A DNA stretch of 57,695 bases. Origin: Thraustochytrium aureum (Eukaryota). The translations under genes were made by a program, and so were the position numbers. Under the pieces are notes generated by a model. That model was not told where the DNA came from and made no database searches. It was given only the letters and a program-made list of their open reading frames with translations. Within the stretch, counting starts at the first letter, position 1; each line of letters starts with the position of its first letter. The stretch lies in assembly GCA_012862495.1 (NCBI GenBank), contig BLSG01000095.1, positions 27,086-84,780 of the forward strand, given 5' to 3'. This document shows, piece after piece, positions 23,923 to 34,823 of the stretch.

Positions 23923-26847
23923 NNNNNNNNNNNNNNNNNNNNNNNNNNNNNNNNNNNNNNNNNNNNNNNNNNNNNNNNNNNNNNNNNNNNNNNNNNNNNN
24001 NNNNNNNNNNNNNNNNNNNNNNNNNNNNNNNNNNNNNNNNNNNNNNNNNNNNNNNNNNNNNNNNNNNNNNNNNNNNNNNNNNNNNNNNNNNNNNNNNNNN
24101 NNNNNNNNNNNNNNNNNNNNNNNNNNNNNNNNNNNNNNNNNNNNNNNNNNNNNNNNNNNNNNNNNNNNNNNNNNNNNNNNNNNNNNNNNNNNNNNNNNNN
24201 NNNNNNNNNNNNNNNNNNNNNNNNNNNNNNNNNNNNNNNNNNNNNNNNNNNNNNNNNNNNNNNNNNNNNNNNNNNNNNNNNNNNNNNNNNNNNNNNNNNN
24301 NNNNNNNNNNNNNNNNNNNNNNNNNNNNNNNNNNNNNNNNNNNNNNNNNNNNNNNNNNNNNNNNNNNNNNNNNNNNNNNNNNNNNNNNNNNNNNNNNNNN
24401 NNNNNNNNNNNNNNNNNNNNNNNNNNNNNNNNNNNNNNNNNNNNNNNNNNNNNNNNNNNNNNNNNNNNNNNNNNNNNNNNNNNNNNNNNNNNNNNNNNNN
24501 NNNNNNNNNNNNNNNNNNNNNNNNNNNNNNNNNNNNNNNNNNNNNNNNNNNNNNNNNNNNNNNNNNNNNNNNNNNNNNNNNNNNNNNNNNNNNNNNNNNN
24601 NNNNNNNNNNNNNNNNNNNNNNNNNNNNNNNNNNNNNNNNNNNNNNNNNNNNNNNNNNNNNNNNNNNNNNNNNNNNNNNNNNNNNNNNNNNNNNNNNNNN
24701 NNNNNNNNNNNNNNNNNNNNNNNNNNNNNNNNNNNNNNNNNNNNNNNNNNNNNNNNNNNNNNNNNNNNNNNNNNNNNNNNNNNNNNNNNNNNNNNNNNNN
24801 NNNNNNNNNNNNNNNNNNNNNNNNNNNNNNNNNNNNNNNNNNNNNNNNNNNNNNNNNNNNNNNNNNNNNNNNNNNNNNNNNNNNNNNNNNNNNNNNNNNN
24901 NNCTGCTCACCTACCGGAGGCTGTGCGATCCGCTCGCCACGCGGCGCGACCGAGCTCGTGCTCGGCTGGCCAGCCCGCTCGCCTTTGAAGAGCTTGCCTC
25001 GCGCCCGCCGGAGCAGGGAATCGGAAGCCGTGGCTGCCAACACGCGCCAATGGCCTCCACCCTGGCTCGGCCATGACGGCCCGACGAGCGCGTCCACGTC
25101 GGTTGGTTGTCCGGCCTCAGCCCGCGGAGCGAAGGAGTACGCCGTGACCTCCCCCGATCAGCCGGCTCATCCTGGTGAGGAGCGGATACCCCGACGGTGC
25201 TTCTTCTCCGCGCGCCGGCGAAGCGCCTGCGGCTGGGCGCGCCGAGCGGCATGGAGGAGTGGCCTGGTGCGCCATTGTGCAATGCCTTTCACTCGAGGAC
25301 AAGATCGCCCGGCCGGACCAAGCGAGCGTGCGCGCTTGGCTTGCTTGCCTCGTCCCCGACCGCAGCGCGTCGAGCCCGCTTGTTTGCGCAGCGGAGAGCA
25401 TTTTGCTAGATTCTCCGCATCGGTGCCGCCGCCGCCGCCTGCGCGCTTGCGATGCGCTCGCGTTGGGCGGCCTGGGACTCGGCTTGGAGCGCGTACGCCC
25501 GCTCGCCCTGCTGCTGCCAACCCGAACGCGGATGGAAGGTCCAAATTCCGCTTGGAGGCGCTTTGTAATCTGTGTCTCATCTTGGCCGACGTGGAGGAGC
25601 TGGCAAGGCTCGGACGTGCCTGACAGCGAGCACTCTGGCGCAGGCCTCTGTTGCTCAGCTCTCTAGCTCTCGAGTAGCTTGCTGGAGGTATTCTGTTCTG
25701 ACGCCAGTGGTGGATGGATGGATGCATCATGCATGGAAGGATGGATGGATTGGTGAACTTGAATGACGTGAGGCTCGCTGCCTGCCTCTGGGGACGAGGC
25801 GCGATCCTTCTCGCGTTTCCTGGTGGAGGGGTTGATCGCACGCGCTACCAGTAGCTGCTCCAATGCGTCGACGTCGTAGTGCGCGGCGGACTGGACGAGA
25901 CGGGCGACCAACCCAACCTACATGGCAAGGGGGACCCGGCGACCGACCGACCGTATCCGATTCCCGTGACCTGCAACGAGCTTACAGCCGTGCCGACAGA
26001 AGTACTCAACTACTGGTAGCGTGCTCTTTGAACCTGTCCGGACCGAGTTCCAGCGCCATTCGACAACTTGCGAACAAACACGCCACAACCGCAAACGGCA
26101 GTGTCGCCCTCGCCAGCCGCGAGCAGACCGTGGACAAAGCGTGGACAGGTCCTGGCATTCCTCAATTCGCCAGAGACCAGGCGATCCAGCAACGGCACGC
26201 CAGCTCGAAACAGAGTGGGCCGTCCCGAGAACCGATCCAAAGCACGAGCGGACAGGAAGGAAATCGGGACCCACCATAGGAGGAAGAGAGGTGGTCCGCC
26301 ACCGCGGCAGCGCTGCCAGTGGCCTGTTTGCACTCTGTGCTCGTGCTTGACAAGATCCTCCTTCAGTGACCAAACCAGACGCGAAGCGCGAGTGATCGAG
26401 CCAAGTCTCGCGAGCTGAAACCAGCCAGATGCAGCCCTTGCAGCAGCGACCCAACGAGGTGCAGGCTCGCCAAGCGAGTGAACCGCATCTCCCACCTCTG
26501 CCCGAGCGGTCCGCTTGCGGCCCAGAAACTGAAAGCTTTGGCACGACGTACGAAGGACATCAACAAGTACGTGTTGCCGGAGGCATTGCGCTTCGAGGGC
26601 ACGAGTCCGCAAGTCCAGCACGGCACGCGGTACCAGCACCAATCCCTGAACCCGCCAACACGCCAGACCCGAGTGTGACACCAAGATCAGATCCCTCGTC
26701 GCTCAACCTTCTCGCCGAGGCCACCGATCTGGCCCGCGGCCCCGCGCAGAACCCGGGCACTGCCGATCTTACTCATCAGATCCTCAACACACCTGGCGAA
26801 CGGCCAGCCCTCGCGTCCACGCAAACGTCGAATCCTCCGCAGAAACC

Positions 26848-28020
26848 ATGGAGCCGCTCAGCTCGAGCTCGCTAAACATCGCCCTGCTGCGCCTCGCGCT
26901 TGCACAGCAACTGCAGCACAACAAACCCGCGCAAACAATTGGGCTCTCACACTCTGCGGTGGGGCCGGCAGCCTCACCGCTCGTCGCGGCCCTCGCGAGG
27001 GCAACTGCCGCCGCCACGGCTGGAACAACATGTGCATCGAAGACGACCTCCAACCTCATCCTGGAACTCGCCGCCCTGCAAGCCTCGAGGGCCGTGCGCC
27101 AGCACCAGCTCGAGCAGGGGAAGCTCCAAATGCAGCAGCAAATCCAGCACAACCTCAGCGAGCTCTTGCTCCCGCCAGCATGCGCGCGTCCCACGGTCAA
27201 GGTCGAGCCGCTCTCGCTCGACCTGAGCAACAAGATGGTCACCGGCGCGCTCAAGCGCAAGGCGTCCCATCTGGAGGACCCGCCCTGCTCGCCGCAGTCG
27301 GCATCGTCGAGCCACAGCGACCTGAGCGAGTTTGCTACCCAGCTCGGCGCTGCCGCGGCCAGCGCCGCCGCGAGCAAGTCCGCCAAGGCCNNNNNNNNNN
27401 NNNNNNNNNNNNNNNNNNNNNNNNNNNNNNNNNNNNNNNNNNNNNNNNNNNNNNNNNNNNNNNNNNNNNNNNNNNNNNNNNNNNNNNNNNNNNNNNNNNN
27501 NNNNNNNNNNNNNNNNNNNNNNNNNNNNNNNNNNNNNNNNNNNNNNNNNNNNNNNNNNNNNNNNNNNNNNNNNNNNNNNNNNNNNNNNNNNNNNNNNNNN
27601 NNNNNNNNNNNNNNNNNNNNNNNNNNNNNNGTCGTCGAAGACTGCGACAAGCTGGCGCGCGGCCGCGGCCTGTGCAAGCGCCACGGCGGCGGGCGCCGCT
27701 GCAACGTGGACGGGTGCAAGAACAGCGCCAGGGGCGGCTCGCAGCTCTGCACCTCGCACGGTGGCGGCCGTCGCTGCCAGCATGATGGCTGCTGCAAGGG
27801 TGCCGAGGGCGCCACTTTCTTCTGCGTCGCTCACGGCGGTGGCAAGCGCTGCTCCGTCGAGGGCTGCTCCAAGAAGGACCAGGGCAAGGGGTTTTGCAAG
27901 GCACACGGCGGTGGCAAGCGGTGCGGGCTCTCGTCTTGCGAGCGCTCGGCCAAGGCGGGCTCCGATTTCTGCACTTCGCACTTCAACCAGACCCGCGTTC
28001 TCACTGCTGGGCTGCCCTGA
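26848..28020 (+). CDS. WRKY19-like C3H zinc-finger repeat protein (C-x4-C...C-x2-HGGG); putative transcription factor
   Basis: At least five tandem units such as CNVDGCKNSARGGSQLCTSHGGGRRC; Q/A/S-rich N-terminus; N-gap at 27391-27630. Confidence 0.85.
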   Translation: MEPLSSSSLNIALLRLALAQQLQHNKPAQTIGLSHSAVGPAASPLVAALARATAAATAGTTCASKTTSNLILELAALQASRAVRQHQLEQGKLQMQQQIQHNLSELLLPPACARPTVKVEPLSLDLSNKMVTGALKRKASHLEDPPCSPQSASSSHSDLSEFATQLGAAAASAAASKSAKAXXXXXXXXXXXXXXXXXXXXXXXXXXXXXXXXXXXXXXXXXXXXXXXXXXXXXXXXXXXXXXXXXXXXXXXXXXXXXXXXVVEDCDKLARGRGLCKRHGGGRRCNVDGCKNSARGGSQLCTSHGGGRRCQHDGCCKGAEGATFFCVAHGGGKRCSVEGCSKKDQGKGFCKAHGGGKRCGLSSCERSAKAGSDFCTSHFNQTRVLTAGLP

Positions 28021-28266
28021 TCGGCGCTTGCCTCGCTTGCGATTTTTCTGCGCCCTCGTGCTGGTGGTCGGCGCCCAACTGAACTATGACCTTTTTGTGA
28101 CGAATGATGACTGATTTTTGATTTGCTTGCTTGTCCGCGGCGCTGGACGCGCTAACTCGCGCTCGCTTGCCCCTCTCTCGACTAGCTAGCTAGAGAGCTG
28201 CTACGACTACGAAGAGCTCTCCAGGAAGACGCCATGAAGGACCGCGCAAGTCGTCGCCGTCGCTGC

Positions 28267-29676
28267 TCACTTGATCTCGGTTTGGCTCTGGCGCTGCCGC
28301 TTGGCAGGCAACGAGCCAGACCTGTCCTTGTCAACGGGGGCGGCGTCAACGCTCGGTTGTGACGAAAACTCGGCGCCGAGCTGCGCCACCGACGCGAGAC
28401 GCGAGCGCGCGAGCGCAAAAAGTTTGCGCTGCGAAGCCCCAACCTGACTAGGCAACCACATGCGGAGGGAGCCGCTCCCTCCGCGCCCATCCAACGCAGG
28501 GCCTGCCGGTGCCTTTCCTGCCTGCAGTTCGCCAACGCGGTCTGCTATAGCCGGCCAAGCTGCACTGGGCTCAATCGGGCCCAACGCGGCCTCGAGCGCG
28601 TCCCGCCGCTCCATGGCGGCCCCGACCCAAGTCGCTGGGTCCACATGACGCGGTTCGGGGAAGGTGTCCAGCGGGCTCTCGTGTGCTACCAGTTCGGCAA
28701 GCTGCGGACACCGCGACGCCGCGCTCGTCAAGAGCGCGCTCAGTGCGCTGCAGTGCGCTGCGGATCGCAACCAATGCAGATGCAGCCGCGCCGGCGCCAG
28801 ATCACCGCCTTCGGCCGCAGCCACGATCGCTCGCCGCCCTGAACCGCGAAACTCGACGAGAAGAGACAGCTTGTTTTCTACGCTGTGGCGCGCCAGCTCG
28901 CCTGCGAGGGCCGTCGCGAGCGGAAACGCGGTCTCGTCCAGCGGCTCGAGCACCATGGCCGCCGTTTGGGCCACCAGGTAGCCCCAGCCCGCTACGAGGC
29001 TTGCGGTCTCGAGCTGTGCAACGACAACGAGCTCGCCACGCGCGTCAGCGGCCGCCGTCGCGCCACAACCCAACTGCGCAGAGTTTTGGTCCCGGGCATG
29101 GACGAGCGCAAACCCAGCCACCCCGACGCCAACGCCATCTGTCTCGTCGACCACGCGGACAGAGCCAATCCAAGCCGGCTGGGCCGCAGCTACAACTTTC
29201 ACAATGGCGTCCGCGCCGCCGAGGTGCTGCGACCTTCCAACCCAGGCACCTTTTGACGCCAAGAGCTTGGCCCATTGGCGCGCCTCGTCTTGTGTCTCGC
29301 GGCAGTGAACGAGCCGCACGAGCGCTGCTCTACGGTGGTCCCTGTCTCCTCGGCCGCCGCGCTCGCGCCGCCTTTTGAGCGCATCGAGCAAGACGCCGCC
29401 GAACCGAGTCCTCCTCGCGCCGCGCCGAAAAACCCAGACGATCGTCAGCATATGCGAGCCCTTTGCCTCGCACATGAACCTGTGCGCCTCCCGCAGCGCC
29501 TGCGCATCGATATCGCTCTTCGCGTGCGCCGCCGAGGGCAGCGCAGCGAATACGGCGTCCTCAACTCCACCAACCTGCAAGCCGTCCGCCCGCTCCCGCC
29601 CCGGCCCATGCGACAGCGCCGCGTCCTCTGGCGCCTTGTCTACGTGCAACCACGTCGTCGAGCCGCCTGGCGCCAT
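28267..29676 (-). CDS. Hypothetical protein (~469 aa)
   Basis: Long uninterrupted ORF with globular-looking composition; first ATG at 29676; no family recognised. Confidence 0.55.
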   Translation of the reverse strand: MAPGGSTTWLHVDKAPEDAALSHGPGRERADGLQVGGVEDAVFAALPSAAHAKSDIDAQALREAHRFMCEAKGSHMLTIVWVFRRGARRTRFGGVLLDALKRRRERGGRGDRDHRRAALVRLVHCRETQDEARQWAKLLASKGAWVGRSQHLGGADAIVKVVAAAQPAWIGSVRVVDETDGVGVGVAGFALVHARDQNSAQLGCGATAAADARGELVVVAQLETASLVAGWGYLVAQTAAMVLEPLDETAFPLATALAGELARHSVENKLSLLVEFRGSGRRAIVAAAEGGDLAPARLHLHWLRSAAHCSALSALLTSAASRCPQLAELVAHESPLDTFPEPRHVDPATWVGAAMERRDALEAALGPIEPSAAWPAIADRVGELQAGKAPAGPALDGRGGSGSLRMWLPSQVGASQRKLFALARSRLASVAQLGAEFSSQPSVDAAPVDKDRSGSLPAKRQRQSQTEIK

Positions 29677-30011
29677 GTCAACGTGCAGCCAGGTTCGCCG
29701 GGCCGTCTGGCGCCATCGCAGCCGGCGTCCCCGGCGCCGTGGCCGCTGGCGATGCCGGCTCGGCCGGCCGTCCCCAGAGCCGGCGAAAGTCAAGCGCGAG
29801 CGCCAAAAAGCCAAGCCAGGCCACCAGCTAGCTGCCTCTCCGCCTTTCGCGGGGCGCCGGCCCGTTCGTTCGTTGGCGGTCTGCTCGTCCTGCGTGTACG
29901 CCGGGGCCCTTTTGCCATTCAGTTACAAATTCGAAAGTTATTGCCCCAAATCCTGGAGAATAAGTGTATTGGGACAGGTTTTGGGCGATTGCGGAAGCCT
30001 ATGGATTGGCA

Positions 30012-31472
30012 TCAGCGCCCGAGCTTGTAGAGCAACACGAGGGCGCTGAGCAGGCCCGATGCGAGCTTGAGCAGGACTTCGTAGGTGACCTCGATAAAGT
30101 TGCCGATCCGGTAGCCTTGGCGCGTGGCCAGAACGTGGGCGCTCACGATGGAAAGCGCGGACCGGTCGGAAGGGTCGAGGTCCAACGGGTTGCCAAACGC
30201 GCTCGCCACGCGCGGCACGAGGTTGGAGCTCTTGTCGTTCACCCAGGCGAGCGGCATGAAGAGCATGGCGCAATAGAGAATCTCCACCAAGAGCCAAAAG
30301 GTCTCCATTGCGACAATCGGCGAGAAGGAGGAGGCCGACGACATGTCGAGGATGGCGAACACTGCAGGAGCGACAAACGCGACCAGGCAGAGCAGAGAAA
30401 ACAGCGCGGTGAGCNNNNNNNNNNNNNNNNNNNNNNNNNNNNNNNNNNNNNNNNNNNNNNNNNNNNNNNNNNNNNNNNNNNNNNNNNNNNNNNNNNNNNN
30501 NNNNNNNNNNNNNNNNNNNNNNNNNNNNNNNNNNNNNNNNNNNNNNNNNNNNNNNNNNNNNNNNNNNNNNNNNNNNNNNNNNNNNNNNNNNNNNNNNNNN
30601 NNNNNNNNNNNNNNNNNNNNNNNNNNNNNNNNNNNNNNNNNNCGAGTGCTCGCGTTCAGCTCGTCGTAGGCTTGCGTTGTCGCTCTGAGGGGCGCGTCTA
30701 GTGCAGAGCCGGACAGCCCCGTCCTGCCGAGTGATTCCACGAGTCGAATGAACGCGGAGTAGCGTCTTGCAAGAACCCACCCTGGCCAAAAGAAGATGCA
30801 AGCTGACGTGCACCACATGACAGAGAACGGCGTCAGCAGCGCAATGGAGGCCAAACCGTGGATGAGGACGCGCTGCGGCCCGTCGAAGCCGCGCAAAATG
30901 AACGAGAGGTTTTCGAGCGAGTTTGTGAACGAGCTGACGAGGCCGACGAGCAGAAAGTTGGCCACAAAACCCCGCAGACCGAGGTTGACAAAGCTTTTGC
31001 GCGTGATCATGCACGTGTAGGCGAGTTGTCCGGGCGTCTTGATCGTTTCCTTGAAGAGCATAGTAAGGAGACTTGCCCTGCGCTCGGGCACTTTCACCAA
31101 GAGTGCAATAGTGAGGACTGTCATCATTGACGACCACGAGAGTATAGTCAGCTGAAACATAGTTGCGGGATGCGGATAGTCGTGGATTATCCCCCAAAAC
31201 CCTATTGCGTTCAGGCCAACCATGATCACAACATTCAAACGCCTGTATGCCCAGTGAGCCGATTGCCACGTGCAAGACTCTCGGCAAGGGTACAGGCCAA
31301 CGACGGCAAGCCAGTCCATCATCGTGCCGAGCCACGTCTCCTCGGGGTCAAACTCAAAGTCAGGGTCGCTAACTGTCTCGTGCAGTACCTGCAGAAACTC
31401 GGCGCAGGTGGCTGCATCGTCTCTGCGTTTGGAGGCTTCGCCCGCGGCAGAGGGCTGCACCCTTGCAGACAT
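30012..31472 (-). CDS. Seven-transmembrane protein resembling insect gustatory/odorant receptor-like (GRL/7TMIC) ion channels
   Basis: N-terminal re-entrant-like WLAVVGLYP; seven hydrophobic segments; long helical loop after TM4; TM6 ends LAWVN; C-terminal GYRIGNFIEVTYEVLLKLASGLLSALVLLYKL has the TM7a/7b pattern. N-gap at 30415-30642. Confidence 0.65.
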   Translation of the reverse strand: MSARVQPSAAGEASKRRDDAATCAEFLQVLHETVSDPDFEFDPEETWLGTMMDWLAVVGLYPCRESCTWQSAHWAYRRLNVVIMVGLNAIGFWGIIHDYPHPATMFQLTILSWSSMMTVLTIALLVKVPERRASLLTMLFKETIKTPGQLAYTCMITRKSFVNLGLRGFVANFLLVGLVSSFTNSLENLSFILRGFDGPQRVLIHGLASIALLTPFSVMWCTSACIFFWPGWVLARRYSAFIRLVESLGRTGLSGSALDAPLRATTQAYDELNASTXXXXXXXXXXXXXXXXXXXXXXXXXXXXXXXXXXXXXXXXXXXXXXXXXXXXXXXXXXXXXXXXXXXXXXXXXXXXXLTALFSLLCLVAFVAPAVFAILDMSSASSFSPIVAMETFWLLVEILYCAMLFMPLAWVNDKSSNLVPRVASAFGNPLDLDPSDRSALSIVSAHVLATRQGYRIGNFIEVTYEVLLKLASGLLSALVLLYKLGR

Positions 31473-32054
31473 CCGCAGCAGCCGTGCTCTCTCTGGACTT
31501 GGCCCTGGCTGGCCCTCTCGGCCGGCGCGCAGGCCCGCGTCGCGCGCTTGCTGGGGCCTGGCATGCAGCGCCCAAAACAGCAACGGACACCTACCTTACC
31601 CAAGTGATTTGTCTACCGCAGCAAGCAGAGTACTACAGCCTCTCTCGAGCGAGCATGCCGATGGCAATTGGGCAGGCAGGACGCGGTCTCTAGAGCCAGC
31701 CACGCCAGCGCCTGAGCCGCGCCCACCAGCCGGGCTGGCCGACCTCGCCGGAGGAAGAGCTCGGCGGAGCGACCTCCGAGTAGCTCGCGCTCGCCACTAC
31801 TAGCTAGAGCTAGAGCTGGGGCTGGTAGAGTGCAAACGCGGGCGCCTGAACGGTCTCAACGGATAGTTAGTTGGTCACCTGTCGATGTACTTACTCAGCA
31901 GATGAAACCCGCTCCTCGCTCGCGGGCGAGCACCATCAGTGCATTGCAGTGACGGGACCTCGGCGCATCAGGGCTGACGCGACGAGGCTCGACACATACA
32001 TTATCGCGCGGCTCGGACGGGATTCTGGTGCAGCCGCCGAGGGCTTTTGGGGTC

Positions 32055-34188
32055 ATGGCGTCGCCAGGCAAGCGCACTTCGGTCGCGCCGAAAGGCAAGG
32101 AGCGGGAAGGGACGCAAATGCGCGTCAAGGTGCACTGTAGGCTCAGACCGGACGCCGCGGTGGAGCAAGCCGGGTTTGTGGGCTGCCAGCCGGCTGAGAA
32201 GGGCAGCGGAGATGTCGTGACGCTGAGCAAGGGCGAGGAACGCTGGCACTTGGACTCGTTCTTGCACGAGTCGGCAACGCAGGACGCGGTGTACTCCAAG
32301 GTAGCAGAGCCAATTGTTTCGAGCGTGCTGAACGGCTACAATGGGACGGTGATGGCCTACGGACAGACGGGCAGCGGCAAGACGCACACCATGTTTGGGT
32401 CGTCGAGCTCGCCGGGCATCATCCCCCGCGCGCTGTCGCACCTATTCAAAGCCGCCGAGCAGGATTCAACCTGCGAACTCACGATCAGCGTGTCGTACGT
32501 CCAGATCTACTGCGAAATGCTCACGGACCTGCTGTGCCCGGAAGACGTCGACCTGCAAAGCAAGGCCTCGCAAGGCCTCAAGCCAACGTCCAACCTGCAC
32601 ATCCGCGAAGACCCAAACAAGGGCGTGTTTATTGAAAACCTCAAATCGGTATCCGTGGCGTCCGTGGAAGAGGCCATGGCGCTCGTGAACGAGGGCGACG
32701 AGAACCGGGTGCGCGCCAGCACCAACATGAACGCGAGCTCGAGCAGGTCGCACGCTTGCGTGATTGTGAGCGTCAAGCGCCGCGAGCGCACCAAGAAGCG
32801 CGTCAAGTACGGCAAGCTGATTCTGGTCGATCTGGCCGGCAGCGAGCGCGTGAGCAAGTCGCTCGGGGACCACGTATACAGTGGCGTGCGCTTCTCCGAG
32901 ACCCGCGCCATCAACGTTAGCCTCTCGGCACTCGGAAACTGCATCAGTGCGCTGGCCAAAAAGAAGCAGCACGTCCCCTTCCGCGACGCCAAGCTGACGC
33001 GCCTGCTCAAAGACTCGCTCGGCGGGAACTCGATGACCGCCCTGGTCATCAACATCTCCAAAGACCCCAGCTCCTACAGCGAGACCAAGTCGACACTCTC
33101 GTTCGGGGCAAGGGCCATGGCCGTCACCAACACGCGGGTTCGCGTCAACGAGGAGGTGGACTACGAGCAGCTCTACAGCAACTTGCAAACCTCGCTCGAC
33201 TCGCGCGAGGACCAGATAGCCGAGCTCGAGATCGCGCTGCGCAAGAAGGAGATCGAGCTGGCAGAGGCGCGCAAGGCTGCGCAAAAGTCCGACACCGAGA
33301 AGGAGCTCGTCTCGATGCAGCTCAAGACCGTTTCGCTCCCTGGGGACACGGCGCAGCAGATCCAGGCCCCTCCAAGAGCAACATCGCGCCGCCCTTCGTC
33401 AGGTCGAGGACCGATTCGAGTCGCAGCTGGCAGCAGAGCGCGCCAAAGCCGCCGCCGCGCAGGAGGAGTGGTACCGGATCGAATACGAGCTCAAGGCAGA
33501 GCGCGAGGAGCACCTCCGCACTTGCTCCCTGCTCCGAGAAAAGCAAGAACAGCTGCTGGACGCCGAGCGCGCGCACGAGGAGCGGCTCGCGGACTTGCTC
33601 GACGAGGTGCGGGCCGCAAACGAGAAGAACGACGCTTTATCCCGCAATCTGCAAAACGCATTCGATGAACGCAAAATGGTGCTCGACAAGTGCGCTCGGC
33701 TGGAAGGCGAGCTCGGGCAGAACGCAGAATTCCAGGAGCGCGGCCTGCAGCTGATGCAGCGCCTCACCGGGCGCGTCGAGGACTTAGAGCGCCGGCGCAA
33801 GTCCCTGGCGGACTCCGCTGAGGGAACAGACTGCGAGCCCCAGCCGGCACCGCCCGCACGGCGTAGACTCGGCCCCAAGCCACTCGTTAGCTTTGGCTCG
33901 GGCGGGAACGTGGAGGACGACGATGACGAGTACGACAGGCGGTCGTCTGGGCGCGGGTCGCACCGCTCGAACGAGAGCAACGGCACGAGGTGGGGGGCCT
34001 CGAGCTTGCGCAAGCAGGTATCGAGCGTCTCGCGCAAGCCCGGCTTGCCGGCGGCAGCTCGCGGACTCGGCCCCGACCACACGGCTCGCGCTCCATTTCT
34101 ACCTGCCGCCGCCAAAAAGTCGGTCGCTTCGACGTCGTCCACCTCGCGCGGACGCATTTCGGCGACAGCGTCAATCCTGCGACTTTGA
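32055..34188 (+). CDS. Kinesin with N-terminal motor and coiled coil, ARK-like neck; 1-nt frameshift at ~33367
   Basis: Intact P-loop AYGQTGSGKT, switch I NASSSRSH, switch II DLAGSER and HVPFRDAKLTRLL. Removing one C in gcccc continues QALQEQHRAALRQVEDRFE into ORF 33595-34188. Confidence 0.92.
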
Positions 34189-34397
34189 AGCGCGGCGCTG
34201 CATTCCTTTGGCCGCTTCACTATTGCCGCGCTGGCTGCCAAGTTTAGTAGAAGATTTGGGGCCCACGCGGCGGCGCTTGAGACCGCTCGTCGCGAGCAAG
34301 AAAAAGAGACAAGCAACTTTCCTCCTTCTTAGCCTCAAAGGGCAAGTGAGTCTCCCTGACGACGGAGCACCGGCCAGGGCCAGAGCTCGCCGACTTG

Positions 34398-34823
34398 CTA
34401 GGAGGCCCAAATGTCGCCGACCGTGAAGCCCTCTGGGAACGGGTCGGTGGGGTCGACCACGACCTCGCTGATCTGCGTGATCCAGGCAGAGCCCGTTATA
34501 CTCGGCACAATCGCACGCCGCCCAGCAACCTCAGTCTGGCCCTCCACACGACCAACAAAAACAGTGCCAAGTACAGACTCGTGCACAAAGTCTTGGCCCT
34601 CGGCGAGCTCGCCTCTAGCGAACATCGTCGCCATTATCGCGCACGTGCCGGTCCCGCAAGGGCTTCGGTCGATGTTGCCCTTCCAGCTCGAAGGCCGGCC
34701 CCAGTCCAGCGTCCCCGTGCTCATGACGACTGCGTTGCGAGCGTGGCAGCCGCGATCGCGGGCCCCTTCCTCCGAGGCGGCGCAGCGGAAGGCCATTATG
34801 TCTGGCCCGCTGTAGTCGACCAG
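34398..34823 (-). CDS. Proline racemase / hydroxyproline-2-epimerase family enzyme, C-terminal part; 5' half in a gap
   Basis: Catalytic motif IDRSPCGTGT, FVHESVLGTVF, PSITGSAWIT and DPTDPFPEGF. Confidence 0.9.
   Translation of the reverse strand: MVDYSGPDIMAFRCAASEEGARDRGCHARNAVVMSTGTLDWGRPSSWKGNIDRSPCGTGTCAIMATMFARGELAEGQDFVHESVLGTVFVGRVEGQTEVAGRRAIVPSITGSAWITQISEVVVDPTDPFPEGFTVGDIWAS

Noticed and set aside
24903..25170. Possible minus-strand gene running into the large gap (EVTAYSFAPRAEAG...)
   Set aside because: Requires a frameshift to obtain a start, and no motif is recognisable.
22570..25623. ORFs reading through N-gaps (e.g. the 1017-aa ORF, and 6207-10205 joining the TPR giant to APC7 exon 1)
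   Set aside because: Continuity is an artefact of Ns containing no stop codons.
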